Positions 36,881-48,327 of a stretch of DNA of 64,000 bases are shown here, in pieces. A program made the translations under genes and the position numbers. Under the pieces are notes generated by a model. The model did not search any database. It saw nothing but the letters and a program-made list of their open reading frames with translations, and was not told where the DNA came from. Every line of letters starts with the position of its first letter. The stretch's first letter is position 1. This stretch comes from Prasinococcaceae sp. CCMP 1430. Lineage: Eukaryota > Plantae > Prasinodermophyta. Location of the stretch: NCBI GenBank assembly GCA_013416795.1, contig RQSC01000630.1:94832-158831 (forward strand), given 5' to 3'.

Positions 36881-37513
36881 GGGGGCGCGCGTTCACTATT
36901 GTCTAATGAGAGCTTTACATTGCTCCCTCGCCCGCGCGCACGGCCCGTAAAATGCGAGTGGTTGCTGGCACTCGCGCGGCCGCGCGCTCGACCTTGGCGC
37001 CGCGCAAGCGCGCCTGGCGAAAATGCCGCTTGCGCGCGCGCGTCCGCCGCGCTCCGGCGCGTGTTTGTCGAATATGATGCGGCGGCTCGGCCGCGTCCGC
37101 GATCGGCGTCCACGTCCGTGGCGTCCGTTCCTCCGCGAGTTTCCCGTGTGTGTGGCCCCCTTCACTCCCCCCCCTTGTCTCTGTCCTCCGGATGCGTCGC
37201 CTGGGCCCTCAGCTCGCGCGGGCGAGCGTACAGGCCCAGCACGCACGGCTCCCGGGACGTGCTGCGCTGCATGCCTTCCAAGGCCGCGCGCGCTGTGTCT
37301 CCGGCGTATATTGATGATGTGTGTCGTGTCTGCGTGTGTTTGTGTCGTGTTTCAAGTGGCTTTTGCGACCAGTGGCAGAAGCCCCTGCCTCGCACAGTTG
37401 CGCGTTGGCACATGCTTGGCGTATTTAGGCCATGTACCGATGGGTGCGCGCGAGCGCAGCAGTGCGCGGCCGTGTCTCCAGCGGCTCTTGACGCTCGAGT
37501 TTGGCGGCACGTG

Positions 37514-38728
37514 CTACTGCCACTCGCCGGGTCCCCCCTGCTTCGCCGCCGCTGTCCCCGCCGCTGGGGTGGCGACAGTTGTGGGCATCGCCTCCGTGTC
37601 CGGTGCTGCACTCATCGAGGCTGGCGCCTGCTCTCTCCGTCCGGCCACGTCCTCCACCTGCTGCGGCTTTGCGTCATGCAAGCTGAGTCCGTTGGCGTGC
37701 GCGGTGCCGTTGGTGCCTTGCGGCACCATGGCAAGCAATGCGTCCCTCTCCGCCAACAGCTTGGCGTTCTCCGCCTGTAGGACGCTCATGTGTTGCGTGA
37801 TGTGCAATACTTTGTGCTGCAGCGCCACGTTCTGGACTTGCAATTCGGTGAGCTGGCTGTTGAGCTCGTTGAGGTGCTGCTGCTTGCGCTGGCGCGAGCG
37901 GCGCGCACTCTCGCGGTTGGAGAGCATGCGCCGCTCGCGCTTCTCCTTGACGGCGGGGTCGTCCTCTCCGCCTTGCGCGAGTGGTGGGCTACTGGTACCG
38001 TCCGCATCGACGCCAGGCGCACCAGCGCCACTTGTCGCGCGCGGGCCGCTCTTGCCGGCGCCAGCGCCCGCAACACCTGCACCCGCGGCGCCCACGAGCC
38101 CGTCAACTCCAGCAGCGTGCCCAGCCGGGACCGCTCTGCTCGCGGCGGGTGCTGCGAGCGGCCCTCCACGCGCCTGCGGAATCTGTGCGACCGCCTGGTG
38201 CTGCGTGCGCACGTATTTCATGGCCTCGCGCTGCGCAGCGTGCTGCGCCGCGGTGACCATCGCCGCACGCGCGCCGGCCGGGTGGTCATCGAGCATGCCC
38301 ACGCCCGGCATCCCGCGCGCCCCACCCAGGCCGGCGAGCCCGCCGGCTGGCGCGACCGCGTACGGGTGCGGCATCATGAGCTGTTGGGGCTGATGGGCGA
38401 GGCCGTGATGGGCGAGTGGGGCGCTGACGCCCGCAGGCGGCGAAAACGCGGCCGCCTGGCCACTCGAGTGGTCCCATTGCCCCCCCCCCGCGCTGGCAAT
38501 GCTCGCGGCGGCGTGGGCCGCCGCGGCAGCCGCGGCGGCTGCTGCACTGGCCCCTCCCGTGTGTGCGCGGGGGCTCGCCGTCTCGGTGAAGAGATCGCTC
38601 ACGGAAAACACCTTGGGTACGCCCGCGCCGCGCGCGCCGCCGGCTGGGCCGCCCTGACCGCCGCCGGGCACACCAGGCATCGTGTTGCTCGTGGCGAAGG
38701 CAGAAATGGACGTGCTCGGCTGGAGCAT
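37514..38728 (-). CDS. bZIP transcription factor (5' end may extend into the gap)
   Basis: KRERRMLSNRESARRSRQRKQQHLNELNSQLTEL...L leucine zipper. Confidence 0.9.
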   Translation of the reverse strand: MLQPSTSISAFATSNTMPGVPGGGQGGPAGGARGAGVPKVFSVSDLFTETASPRAHTGGASAAAAAAAAAAHAAASIASAGGGQWDHSSGQAAAFSPPAGVSAPLAHHGLAHQPQQLMMPHPYAVAPAGGLAGLGGARGMPGVGMLDDHPAGARAAMVTAAQHAAQREAMKYVRTQHQAVAQIPQARGGPLAAPAASRAVPAGHAAGVDGLVGAAGAGVAGAGAGKSGPRATSGAGAPGVDADGTSSPPLAQGGEDDPAVKEKRERRMLSNRESARRSRQRKQQHLNELNSQLTELQVQNVALQHKVLHITQHMSVLQAENAKLLAERDALLAMVPQGTNGTAHANGLSLHDAKPQQVEDVAGRREQAPASMSAAPDTEAMPTTVATPAAGTAAAKQGGPGEWQ

Positions 38729-38991
38729 GGTCTCAGGCGGGGCCTCTCGCTCGCCCGGCCGCTTGCTCGCACGCACGGCCTCGCCACCGGTGACTTGGCG
38801 GCCGCCTCCGACGCCAGGCCGCTCGCCGACGCCTCGCACCCGCGGGGAGCCCCCCTCCCGCCCGGCCCACTCACGCCTGCCCGCCCCTCAACGCCTGGCT
38901 GCCTGCGTCCAGCACTCCCGGCGGGGGAAGCCCGGCGTTTGTCCCGCCCGCCCGTGTCGCGACGGCCAGCCCGTCCGGCCGCGCGCGCGCC

Positions 38992-39398
38992 NNNNNNNNN
39001 NNNNNNNNNNNNNNNNNNNNNNNNNNNNNNNNNNNNNNNNNNNNNNNNNNNNNNNNNNNNNNNNNNNNNNNNNNNNNNNNNNNNNNNNNNNNNNNNNNNN
39101 NNNNNNNNNNNNNNNNNNNNNNNNNNNNNNNNNNNNNNNNNNNNNNNNNNNNNNNNNNNNNNNNNNNNNNNNNNNNNNNNNNNNNNNNNNNNNNNNNNNN
39201 NNNNNNNNNNNNNNNNNNNNNNNNNNNNNNNNNNNNNNNNNNNNNNNNNNNNNNNNNNNNNNNNNNNNNNNNNNNNNNNNNNNNNNNNNNNNNNNNNNNN
39301 NNNNNNNNNNNNNNNNNNNNNNNNNNNNNNNNNNNNNNNNNNNNNNNNNNNNNNNNNNNNNNNNNNNNNNNNNNNNNNNNNNNNNNNNNNNNNNNNNN
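38992..39398. other. Assembly gap (N run)
   Basis: 407 Ns. Confidence 1.
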
Positions 39399-40094
39399 AA
39401 AACATAATACCACTAGTTGTGGACATGGTTAAGGGTAAGGAAATATTGTTCATCATACCCATTTGCGACCCCCCTGCGGCCGCCGCGCTCGCGCGATCGC
39501 GCGCTCGCGCGAAACGCGCACAGAAACACAAAACAAATAAATGTGCAGCATCGATGCAGGCTGCACAGCGACAACCACACCACACACGACCTGCCAACCG
39601 ACAATTGCGACACAAAAAACTCCACCATTTGCAATGGATTGAACCAACCAACCAAACCAGCACCACCCAACCAAGGGCCCCCCGTGAGGAAAAAGAAAAA
39701 GAAAAAGAAAAAGTCCGGTCTGGCCCTGGGGCACATCCGGGCAGGCGACGAGAAGAGCCTGACTGAGGAGGGGCTACTAAATAAGTACTAGGAACAGAGA
39801 TCGCAGCCGAAAGGACGCAACGCACGGGAAGGTGATGAGGACTCTGACATATGCGTCCGCGGGTGTTGCGTGCGAGGTCGATGGATGGATCTCGTGTCGG
39901 TTGCAGCAGGCGTCTCGCGACACGTCGATCGAGCGAGCGGGGGAGAGGGTGGGGACCGCCACCGCGAGCAGCGCGGCTGGCGGCGACGTCGACGACGCGC
40001 GCTGGACGGACTACGTGGTGTACAGGCGACGGCGCTCGTGCGCGCCCTCGCCCTCGCCGCCGCGACGCGGCCCCGGCGCGCGGCCACGCTCGCG

Positions 40095-41065
40095 ATGGTG
40101 GCGACCATCCCCGCGTCGCTCACAGGGCGCTCCTACGTGGTCACCGGCTCGACTGATGGAATCGGGAAGACCACCGCGGCGGAGCTGCTCAAGCGAGGCG
40201 CGACCGTCGTGGTGCACGGGCGCACGAAAGCGAAGGTGGAGGCTGTGGCAGCCAGCATGCCCGGGCCAGGCAAGGTGAGATGCGCCAAGCGGAGGCCAGC
40301 TTTGCCTTGAGACACCGCGGCCGGCCTTTGGCAAGCGACGCGCCGGCCGGTGGCTGACACCTGTGGCGTCCGTCCGCTCCCTGGTCGAAACAGGCGATCC
40401 CGCTTGCAGCGAACCTGTCGTCTTTGGCACAGGCGGCATCGTTCGCCGACGCGGCCGCTGCCGCAATTCCCGGGGGCGCCGATGTGCTCATCAATAACGC
40501 GGGCATCTACGCGGCCGAACGCACCCTTAGCACGGACGGCATCGAGCTCAACTTTGCCGTCAATGTGCTCGCCACCGTGCTGCTCACTCGGCGCTTCGTG
40601 CGGTCGGGCGGCCTCAAGAAGGGGGGGCGCATCGTCAATGTTTCCAGCATGATGCACGCGCAGGCCTCGGGCGTGTACGCCCTCGATAATCTACAGCTGG
40701 AGAAGACGGGGTACGATCCACACACGGCCTACAGCCTCTCCAAGCTGTGTCTCACCATGTGGTCGATCGAGCTCGCAGCGGAGCTGAAAGGCGTCGCTGA
40801 CGTCATCTCTTGCCATCCAGGCGTGGTGCAAACGAAGATGCTCACCAAAGGCTTTGGCAACTTCGGCTCGGATGTTAACGCCGCACATCACGAGCTCCTA
40901 CTCGCGACGGCGCCCGAGCTCAAGGGCGTCACAGGAAAGTACTTCATGCCCGACGCCCAGGAGAGCCGCACGGCGCCGCCGACGAACAATGCCCACGCGC
41001 GCAGCGCCCTCATGGAAAAGGTCGACGCGATGATCGCGCCTTTCGACACGGAATGCACAAGCTGA
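40095..41065 (+). CDS. Short-chain dehydrogenase/reductase (retinol dehydrogenase-like), intron 40275-40393
   Basis: VTGSTDGIG, VHGR, DVLINNAG, RIVNVSS, YSLSK (YxxxK), HPGVVQT. Confidence 0.92.
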
Positions 41066-41330
41066 GCTGAACGGGGCGCCCTGCTGCTCCCATCATTATA
41101 TTTGTCTTTGGGTGGTGCGGTCACGCATGACCAGCGCGGACCAACGGACCACGCCTTACATCGTGGCATTCGAGCTGCAGCAAAGGAGAGAGAGGCAGCG
41201 CGTACCGCATCGCGCGCCGGCACACCCGCCGTCTGTGGTAAACTACACTTTTGACGTTCCATGTAGTGCTTCGAAGCACAGTGCGTGAGATGTGTCCACG
41301 GCGTGCGAGAGCGCTCTGCGCATCGCTCCC

Positions 41331-43235
41331 TCAGTAGAAGGCGCTAGAGCGAAGGCGCGATAGACCGGGCGGCCGGGCCAGGCCCTGGCCGTCGCCGGCG
41401 AGGCGTGGTGCGCGACCGTCGCCACGCACCCGCGGGCCCATCCGCGCGCGCGTCGGTGTCGCCACAGTTGCCTTAGCGGAGGCGTTGGCTGCCTTCGCCG
41501 GCGAGTACAGCGGACCTCGCCGGAAGCGAACCGATTTGGGCGCGAGCGGCGGCTTGCCACGACCAGCGTGCGCGCGCTGGCCGGCGAGTGACTGCGCCTG
41601 CGCATGCGACAGGGACAGCGGCCTCTTGCGCGGCGAGGGGGAAGCCTTGGCCTTGGGCGATGGGGGAGAGGCCTTGGTCTTGGGTGGCGATGGGGTTGCA
41701 AAGGGGACGCACGGCGGGGGCAGAGGTCCCAGTATCGCTAAGACCTCGAGCACGTCGCCTCTGACCACGTCCTTGGGCCTGCGCGCTCGCGGCGCGCCGG
41801 CCTTGTGAGGCGGCGATGGCGTCGCCAGCCGCGCAGCGGCGAGGCGCGCATCGAGCGCGGCCTCCAGCCAGCGCCGCAGAACGAGCCGCGAGAGCACCTC
41901 CGCCCGTTCGCGCCTACGGTGCTCGACCAGCGCACCCGCCGCGAGCCTGCGAGCCGCACGTCGGCGGCGGCGCCCCGCGGATGCCATGCGCGCCCAGCGC
42001 CGCAACGCTCTGGCGAGCAGCGTGGCGTGGCGGTGCTCTTTCGCGATGGAGCGCATCACGTGGCGCAGCAGGCGTGCGGTCCGCTGCCATCCGAGCAGTG
42101 CGCTGCGCGCCAGCCGCCTGCGAGCGAACACCTCCGCTGAGCGCGCGAGGATGGCCAGTCGCACGCCCAAGGCCCACCCGTGCAACGCGCGCACCTTGCG
42201 CGAAGTCGCAGCCCACATGGCGCCCCGCGCCTCGCGCTGCTCACGGCCCGCGCGCAGCTCTGCCGCCACCCTCCTCCACGCACCGAGGCACCGCCGCGCC
42301 TTGTGAGCTGCGATCGCCTGCTTCGCGCAGCGGAATTGGCGCAGCTCCCGCGCGCGCTGCCTCCAGCGAGCGATGGCGGGCCCCAGCACCCGGGGCCGCC
42401 GTCTCTTGAGAGCCCCGACGATCGTGCGTTCGTTGCGCTGGCAGCGCCGCACGTGCGCGATCCAGAGGCGCATAACGACGCGGCTGCGCCGAACGAGAGC
42501 GGCCCGGTGATGCGCGTGGGCCAACGCTAGCGCCTCCTGCGCCCGCAGCCGCTCTCGCACGAGCCGCGCGGCGGCGGCGTACCAGCCGCGGAGTGCGCGC
42601 AGCCGCAACGCCAAGCCAAAGTGGGCGCACGCGGCGAGGCGCGCTCGTTTCGCCCTTGAGATAGATGCCGCTTGCCTGCACCACGCTCGCAGCACCCTGC
42701 GCGCCCAACGGTCGCGCGCGAATGACACCAGGGCCACCCAGCGCTTCTCGACGGCTGCGATGCGCCGCCACGCGCACACTGCCTTGGCCATCCGCCGCGC
42801 GTGTGCCTCGGCGACCATGTATTCCCAGCGCCGCGCGAGCGCCACTGCAGCCGCCTCAGTGTGCCACGCAATCAGTACCGCGCCTGTCGCATTGCGCCTG
42901 CGCCTGAGCACGAGCTTGGCGAGCCCGCTCGAGATGACGGCCGCGCGCGCCCACCGCGCGAAAGCTCGCTCGTGCATCACCCTGCGCCAGCGCCGGCGAG
43001 GCGCATCTCGCCAGTGGACCGCGCCACCAGGCCGCCCTTCGGCAGGACTTTTCTTGCTCGCCGCGCCACTCGCGAGGGCGCGCGCGACACCCTCTCCCCG
43101 GCGCTCGACGAGCCACTTGCTCATCGCGAGGCACGCTCGCCGGCGCCGGCGCCCGTCTGCCGCCACGCGCGCCCACGCGGCCAGCGACCGCCTCTCAGCG
43201 CGTCGTCGCTGAGCGGCCGCCATCAGCGACGCCAT
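41331..43235 (-). CDS. SFI1-like centrin-binding repeat protein
   Basis: More than 12 periodically spaced helical Arg/Ala-rich repeats with L/FxxW cores (AFARWAR, LIAWH, LRAWCR, LRGWY, IARWR, LHGWA, LRRWL). Confidence 0.6.
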   Translation of the reverse strand: MASLMAAAQRRRAERRSLAAWARVAADGRRRRRACLAMSKWLVERRGEGVARALASGAASKKSPAEGRPGGAVHWRDAPRRRWRRVMHERAFARWARAAVISSGLAKLVLRRRRNATGAVLIAWHTEAAAVALARRWEYMVAEAHARRMAKAVCAWRRIAAVEKRWVALVSFARDRWARRVLRAWCRQAASISRAKRARLAACAHFGLALRLRALRGWYAAAARLVRERLRAQEALALAHAHHRAALVRRSRVVMRLWIAHVRRCQRNERTIVGALKRRRPRVLGPAIARWRQRARELRQFRCAKQAIAAHKARRCLGAWRRVAAELRAGREQREARGAMWAATSRKVRALHGWALGVRLAILARSAEVFARRRLARSALLGWQRTARLLRHVMRSIAKEHRHATLLARALRRWARMASAGRRRRRAARRLAAGALVEHRRRERAEVLSRLVLRRWLEAALDARLAAARLATPSPPHKAGAPRARRPKDVVRGDVLEVLAILGPLPPPCVPFATPSPPKTKASPPSPKAKASPSPRKRPLSLSHAQAQSLAGQRAHAGRGKPPLAPKSVRFRRGPLYSPAKAANASAKATVATPTRARMGPRVRGDGRAPRLAGDGQGLARPPGLSRLRSSAFY

Positions 43236-43720
43236 GGCATCGACACGCGCGGCAAGATCCACCGCCAGCCTCCAGCGAGCGAGGTGTCGGCCAGCGAACG
43301 CCTCCCTTCCCAATGCTTCGGCGACCCTGCGAGCGGCGCAGCCGCGCGCCGCGCGCGCGCGCAGCGCGCGGAGGACGCCACGTGCGACCTCCGCGCGCCA
43401 CCGACCTTCCGCCGGCGCCGCCGTTTCGCGCGCGCGGTTCCGGAGGCTTCCCGGCGCCGCGGGAGGCGAATCGATGGGCGCTCGCGCCTTCCGGTTTCGC
43501 GCGAGGGGCGCGCGCGCGCCCCGCCGTTCTCGCGGCGGAAATGGAAAAATCCGCGCGCGAAAAGAAAAAGAAAAAGAAAAAGAAAAAGCATATCTGTTTG
43601 GGACGCATCAAAACGCATTGAGGCGACGGGTGCGACGCGAGATAAGACGCGGCGCGCGCTCTGGCGGCGCGCGCGCTGCGTTTCGAACAAAATTCCCGCC
43701 ATTGCGATAACCCTTTCACT

Positions 43721-43733
43721 AAAACCCTAATGA
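43721..43733 (+). promoter_or_regulatory. Telo-box-like AAAACCCTAATGA upstream of the SFI1-like gene (alternatively an RNA template; see findings)
   Basis: Exact match to 25419-25431; both copies are preceded by an extra AACCCT. Confidence 0.55.
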
Positions 43734-44327
43734 CGCTCCTGAGGCAAGGTTCGCCGGTGGAACGTCCGGACGCAGGTACCAGGTACCCCGGTGCCTACTC
43801 CAGCTGGGTCGGTACCGGCATCGGTCGGCACCGCCGCGCGTCCGTCTGCGGATCAAACGGTGGGGTCGCGCGCGCGGGCGAGACCAGGCCGCGACTCCCC
43901 CACGGCCGGCGCGCGCAGGCTGGCTGGCTGGCCGGCGGGCTTTTTTTTGTTTTGTTTTGTTTTGTTTTTTAACGGACGAGGCGAGCGGCACCGGCCCACG
44001 CGCGCGCGTCGGTCTCCGCCCCTCAAAACTGCTCGCCGCCTTTTCAAGAGGGCTTCGTTGATATGCACCGCGTTAAAACGGCGGAATTGTTTGCGGCGCC
44101 CCCCAGGCCCCGAAAGATGAAAGAGACGAACCGGCGAGGCGCGGCCCGCTGGGGCGCGGGCGGCGCCGGAAGCTGCCGCCGGCCGCTTTTTCAGCACAAC
44201 GGCGCGAGTGCGGCGCGCGATTTCGCGGAGTTTCGCTCCAGGCTTTTTTTTTTTTGGCCTGTTGGGCGCGCACTTTGTGGGGGCGCGCGCGCACGCGGCG
44301 GCGTGGGGCCGCCGGGCACAGCGCGCN

Positions 44328-44580
<253 letters not shown>

Positions 44581-44720
44581 CTGGATGTTCGCCGCGCCGC
44601 GAAAGCTTGCGACACACCCACACCTCCTCGCACCCCCGCGCGCGCCTGTTGCGGTCGCGCCCTGACACCCAAGCGCCTGCCTTCCTTGCCCTCGCCCTCT
44701 CCTCTCTCTCTTGCGCACAA

Positions 44721-45363
44721 GGTTGTCACGGATGTGCTGGAGGCATGCGGCGACGACGTTGAATCGGCGGTGGCGCAGTTGAGCTCCCTCGAGCTGGCGA
44801 CGAATTCGCGAGCGCAAGTGGGCGCCGCGGACTCGGGGGGCCGAGGCGCCGAGCGGGAGCAGCAAGAGGCGTCCGAGCAGCAGTGCGCGGCGCTGGTAGC
44901 GAGTGGGGGTGCGGACGACCACATTGCGGGGCCCTCTGGTCGCGCGGAGACCCAGGCGCTTCCCGATCCGAGCAGCCAGGAGTGGGTCGACGGTCTGGTG
45001 TCGGAAATGTCTGCGGCGACGGATATCGGCGACGCGAAGAGGCGCGCGGCGCGTGTGCTGCAGACCTACGCGATGGCGGTGGCATGCAGAGGCGGCGACG
45101 TCGAGAACGCGCAGCTGCGGGAGCAGGTCGACGCGCTGGCGCGCGACAACACGATCCTGAAGCGCGCTGTTGCGATTCAGAACAACCGGCAGCAGGAGCT
45201 GGCCAAAACGGCCGCGCAAGTTGACGAGCTCAAGCGTGTGGTGGCGACACAGCAGGAGCAGCTCAAGCAGGCCGAGATGTCCAACTACGCTCTCTCGGTG
45301 CACCTTCGCCAGGCCACTGCCGGGGGCGGGCAGAACGGCGAGCAGCCCCCTGACATCTTCTGA
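44721..45363 (+). CDS. Plant-type CUE/ubiquitin-system protein, 3' exon
   Basis: VLEACGDDVESAV..L..L.L, EWVD.LV.EM..A.D..DAK.RAARVL, DN.ILKRAVAIQ..RQ, SNYALSVHLRQA, PPDIF. Confidence 0.85.
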
Positions 45364-45692
45364 GGCTGGGAGCCCCCGCACCCTTAACATTTGTACCATG
45401 TTCGTCGCGACGGCACGTAAAAAAAGGCCAGTACAGTACCACCCCATGGCGAGCCATCTTGTCGCGCAGCTCGCGCGGCTCGTCGCGTGGACGTCTCGCG
45501 CAGCGCGCGCGCGCGGGGCGGCTCCTACACACCCGCAGAAACGGCGCGCGGTGGCAGTTGAAGAACGAGCGACGCGCTCGGTGATGTTGCAATTATAGAC
45601 GCTCGCAAGGCGATGCCCGCGCACGCCCGTTCAAAATTCTGAGCGCTCACCTCCAATCAAGTCCCCGAGTCTCGGATCGAGGTGTAGACAGA

Positions 45693-47083
45693 TTAGTCGG
45701 TGCCCGATGTGCCACCACCCCCGCCGCCGCCCCCGCCCGCGCCATCGCCGCCACCAGCGCCACCCCCAGCGCCGCCGCCAGCGCCGCCGCCGTACGGAAG
45801 GAAAGGCGGGTTCCGCTGCCATTGTTGCATCTGCGGCTGCTCTGCGCCTGACTGCTGCTGCTGCTCCTGCTGCGGCATCAGCGGCTGCTGTTGCTGCGAT
45901 TGCGGGTGTGGCGGCATGCCCCCCAGCATCATTCCCCCCATGCCTGGTGGCATCCCGGCGAACGAGCCAAATCCCTGCGGCTGCGGCATGAATGCGCCAG
46001 GGAACATGCCCGGCGGTGCGGAGAAGGAAGGCATCCCAGTGGCGCTGGCGCCAAAAACGCCCGCGCCCAGCGGCCAGTTGGGCACCCCGCCCATGGCTTG
46101 CGTGCCCATGGGCATCATCACACCGCCTGGCGCGCCGAAGCCTTGGGGCCCAACCCCCTGCTGCTCAGTGCCGGGCACCCCGCCCGTTGGCGGAATCACC
46201 CCCATCGCGCCACCGGCGCCGGGGTCAAGCGGCGGGAAATTGGACGCGCCCCCGTGGCCCAGCGCTGCCGCGGCGCCGACGCCCCCCGCGCCGCCGGCGG
46301 GGCCTGCCACGTCGGCGGGCAAGCGCGCGTTGGGCGGTAGCCCCGCCAGCCGTTTCAGGTACAGGCGGTATTTCTGAAGGTGCGACGCGACGTTCTCGCG
46401 CGTCATGCCGTCGACGTTCATGAGTTGGAGGATGGTCTTCGGGACCGCGTTCTTGATGCCGAGGTGGTGCACCGCATTCATGAAGCGGCTGTGCAACTCG
46501 GTGGTCCACACCAGCCTGGGCTTTTTGGGCTTCGCCTTCTTCACCTGATCGGCCTCGCTGCCCTCGCCCCCCTGCGCGCCCCCCGCCTCGGCCGCGGTCG
46601 CCCGTGCCGACTCCGCCGGCCCGCCCCCCGCGGCAGCCGCTCCGAGGTCCGAGGCGCCGGCCGAGGTGACCGTCCCAGGCGGCGTGGCCGCCGCCGCCGG
46701 GGTCCCTGCCCCCGCCCCCGCAGCCGCAGTGCCCGCGACACCGCCCACCTGGCCTCCGCCTGCAGCGCCCGAAGCGGCCACGGCGCGCGGCACATCGCCT
46801 CCGCCTGCAACTTGCTCTCCGCCCTCCTCGCCGTGTGTGCCCTCGGGCTGCTGCTCAGCAGGGTCCGCGGCCGCAACGTGCGCCGGATCCGCTCGGCCGC
46901 CACCCCCTTCTTCTCGTGCCCGCGCCTCTGGCGCGTCCTCCGCCGCCGCTGGCGCGTCCGCTGGCACATCAGCGCCCGCTCCGCTCCTCACCCCCCCTGC
47001 CTCTCCTGCCCCCTTGCCGCCAGTCTCGGCTGCTGGCTTTTCGCCGCCCGTGCTGCCTCCTCCTGCGGCGCCCTGCCCCGTGG
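45693..47083 (-). CDS. GARP-type MYB transcription factor, LUX/PCL1/BOA-like; first exon upstream and uncertain
   Basis: [58 protein letters not shown]; acceptor CACAG at 47084 with a GCTGAC branch point. Confidence 0.85.
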
Positions 47084-47159
47084 CTGTGCACGCATCGCTC
47101 CTGGGTCAGCTCGAGAACTGGCTGGCGCGTCGCCGCTCGCATCCGGCGCTCACAGCTCG

Positions 47160-48325
47160 CACGCTGCCCTCGCCGCTTTGGCGACGGGCGCCCTCTACGC
47201 CGCAGCGCGCCCGCGCCCTCGACGCCCGGCGCGACCCTCCGCACGCGCTTGTTGGCCGGCGCCGGGTCAGTATCGTCCTCGTCCTCCATATCGCCGTCGC
47301 CGTTCTGGTCCGCCCCCCCCACACCAAAGAAGCTCACCGCCGCGTCCACCGCTCCCGCCGCGTTGCCGCTGGTGGCCTTTTCCAGGTCGCCAAGCCCCGG
47401 CAGGAAAAAGGGCGCGCTCTCCGGCTTGGACACGGCCTCGGCGGGCTTGGAGCGCGCGCGGATCTCGTCGAGGCGCACGAGCCCCTGCCACTTCGCCTTG
47501 GCGAGCATGCCGAGCGTGACGGCGCCGCCCTCCAGCGGCTCGGGCCCGGCGCCTTCGTTGGCGTTCGCCCCCCCGAGCTCGGCCTCGGCGGCGTCGAGGA
47601 TGGCGCGGCCGTCCAGGGCGTCCTCGTCGTCGGCGCCGTCCACCTCCACGCCGTCGCTGTCACTCCCAGGGTCGCCGGCCAGCCCGAGCGCCTCGTCGTC
47701 GGAGTCGAGCGCCACGCCGTCCGTGCGCGCCCACCCGGACTCGCCCGCGGCGTCGTCGCCCCCCTCCTCGCCGTCGTCCTCGCCCGCGCCCACCTCGGGC
47801 ATGGCCACGCGCCGCCGCATCCTCGCGCTCGCCCCCTCGCCGCCGCCGTACACCTCCGAGTTCGCCCACAGGTAGACGGCGCGCTGCTCCGAGTGGGCGG
47901 TGGCCATCGCCGCGCCGTTGGGCGAGAGCGCCACGGCGACGGCGGGGCTCGCCAGCCGCATGACGTCCCTGCACGACGAGGCCTGCACGTCCCACACGCG
48001 CACGGTGGCGTCCATGGCGGCGCTCACCACCAGCCGCGCGTCGGCGGAGAAGGCCAGCGCCGTGGGCCTGTCAACGTGGCCGCCGAAGCGCCGCACCACG
48101 CGCGGCGCGTGCGGGGCGGCGTCCACCACGCGCACGTCCAGGTCGGCGCACGCCACCGCCAGCAGCCGCGCCGACGCGTGCCACGCCGTGCACACGGGCG
48201 CCGCGGGCAGCGGCAGCAGCGCGCGCAGCCGTCGCGATCGGAAGGCCCACACCTTCACCTCCCCCCCCACGCCGGCGCCGCCGCTCGCCGACGCGCGGGG
48301 GAACGGCGCCCGCCGCCCCCCCGGC
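47160..48325 (-). pseudogene. UTP21: WDR36/UTP21 C-terminal fragment
   Basis: VKVWAF, RRF.GH....T.LAFS.DAR...SAAMD.TVRVWD, ATAH...RAVYLWAN, KWQ.L..LDEIR.R.KP, APFFLP. The N-terminal ~550 aa and the Utp21 tail are absent. Confidence 0.75.
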
Positions 48326-48327
48326 CT

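Noticed and set aside
39399-39470. Minus-strand ATGATGA C-box, possible snoRNA
   Set aside because: Truncated by the gap, no D box visible and no rRNA complementarity recognised.
39755-39790. CTGAGGAGGGG resembling part of plant U1
   Set aside because: No ATACTTACCTG 5' end and no Sm site.
16500-43200. Impression of ~200-bp periodic CG-dense patches (nucleosome-linker methylation as in Dnmt5 algae)
   Set aside because: Cannot be established by eye; needs CpG autocorrelation or bisulfite data.
39685-43590. (A5G)n tracts at ~39690 and ~43560 as a shared element
   Set aside because: Simple microsatellites; flanks are unrelated.
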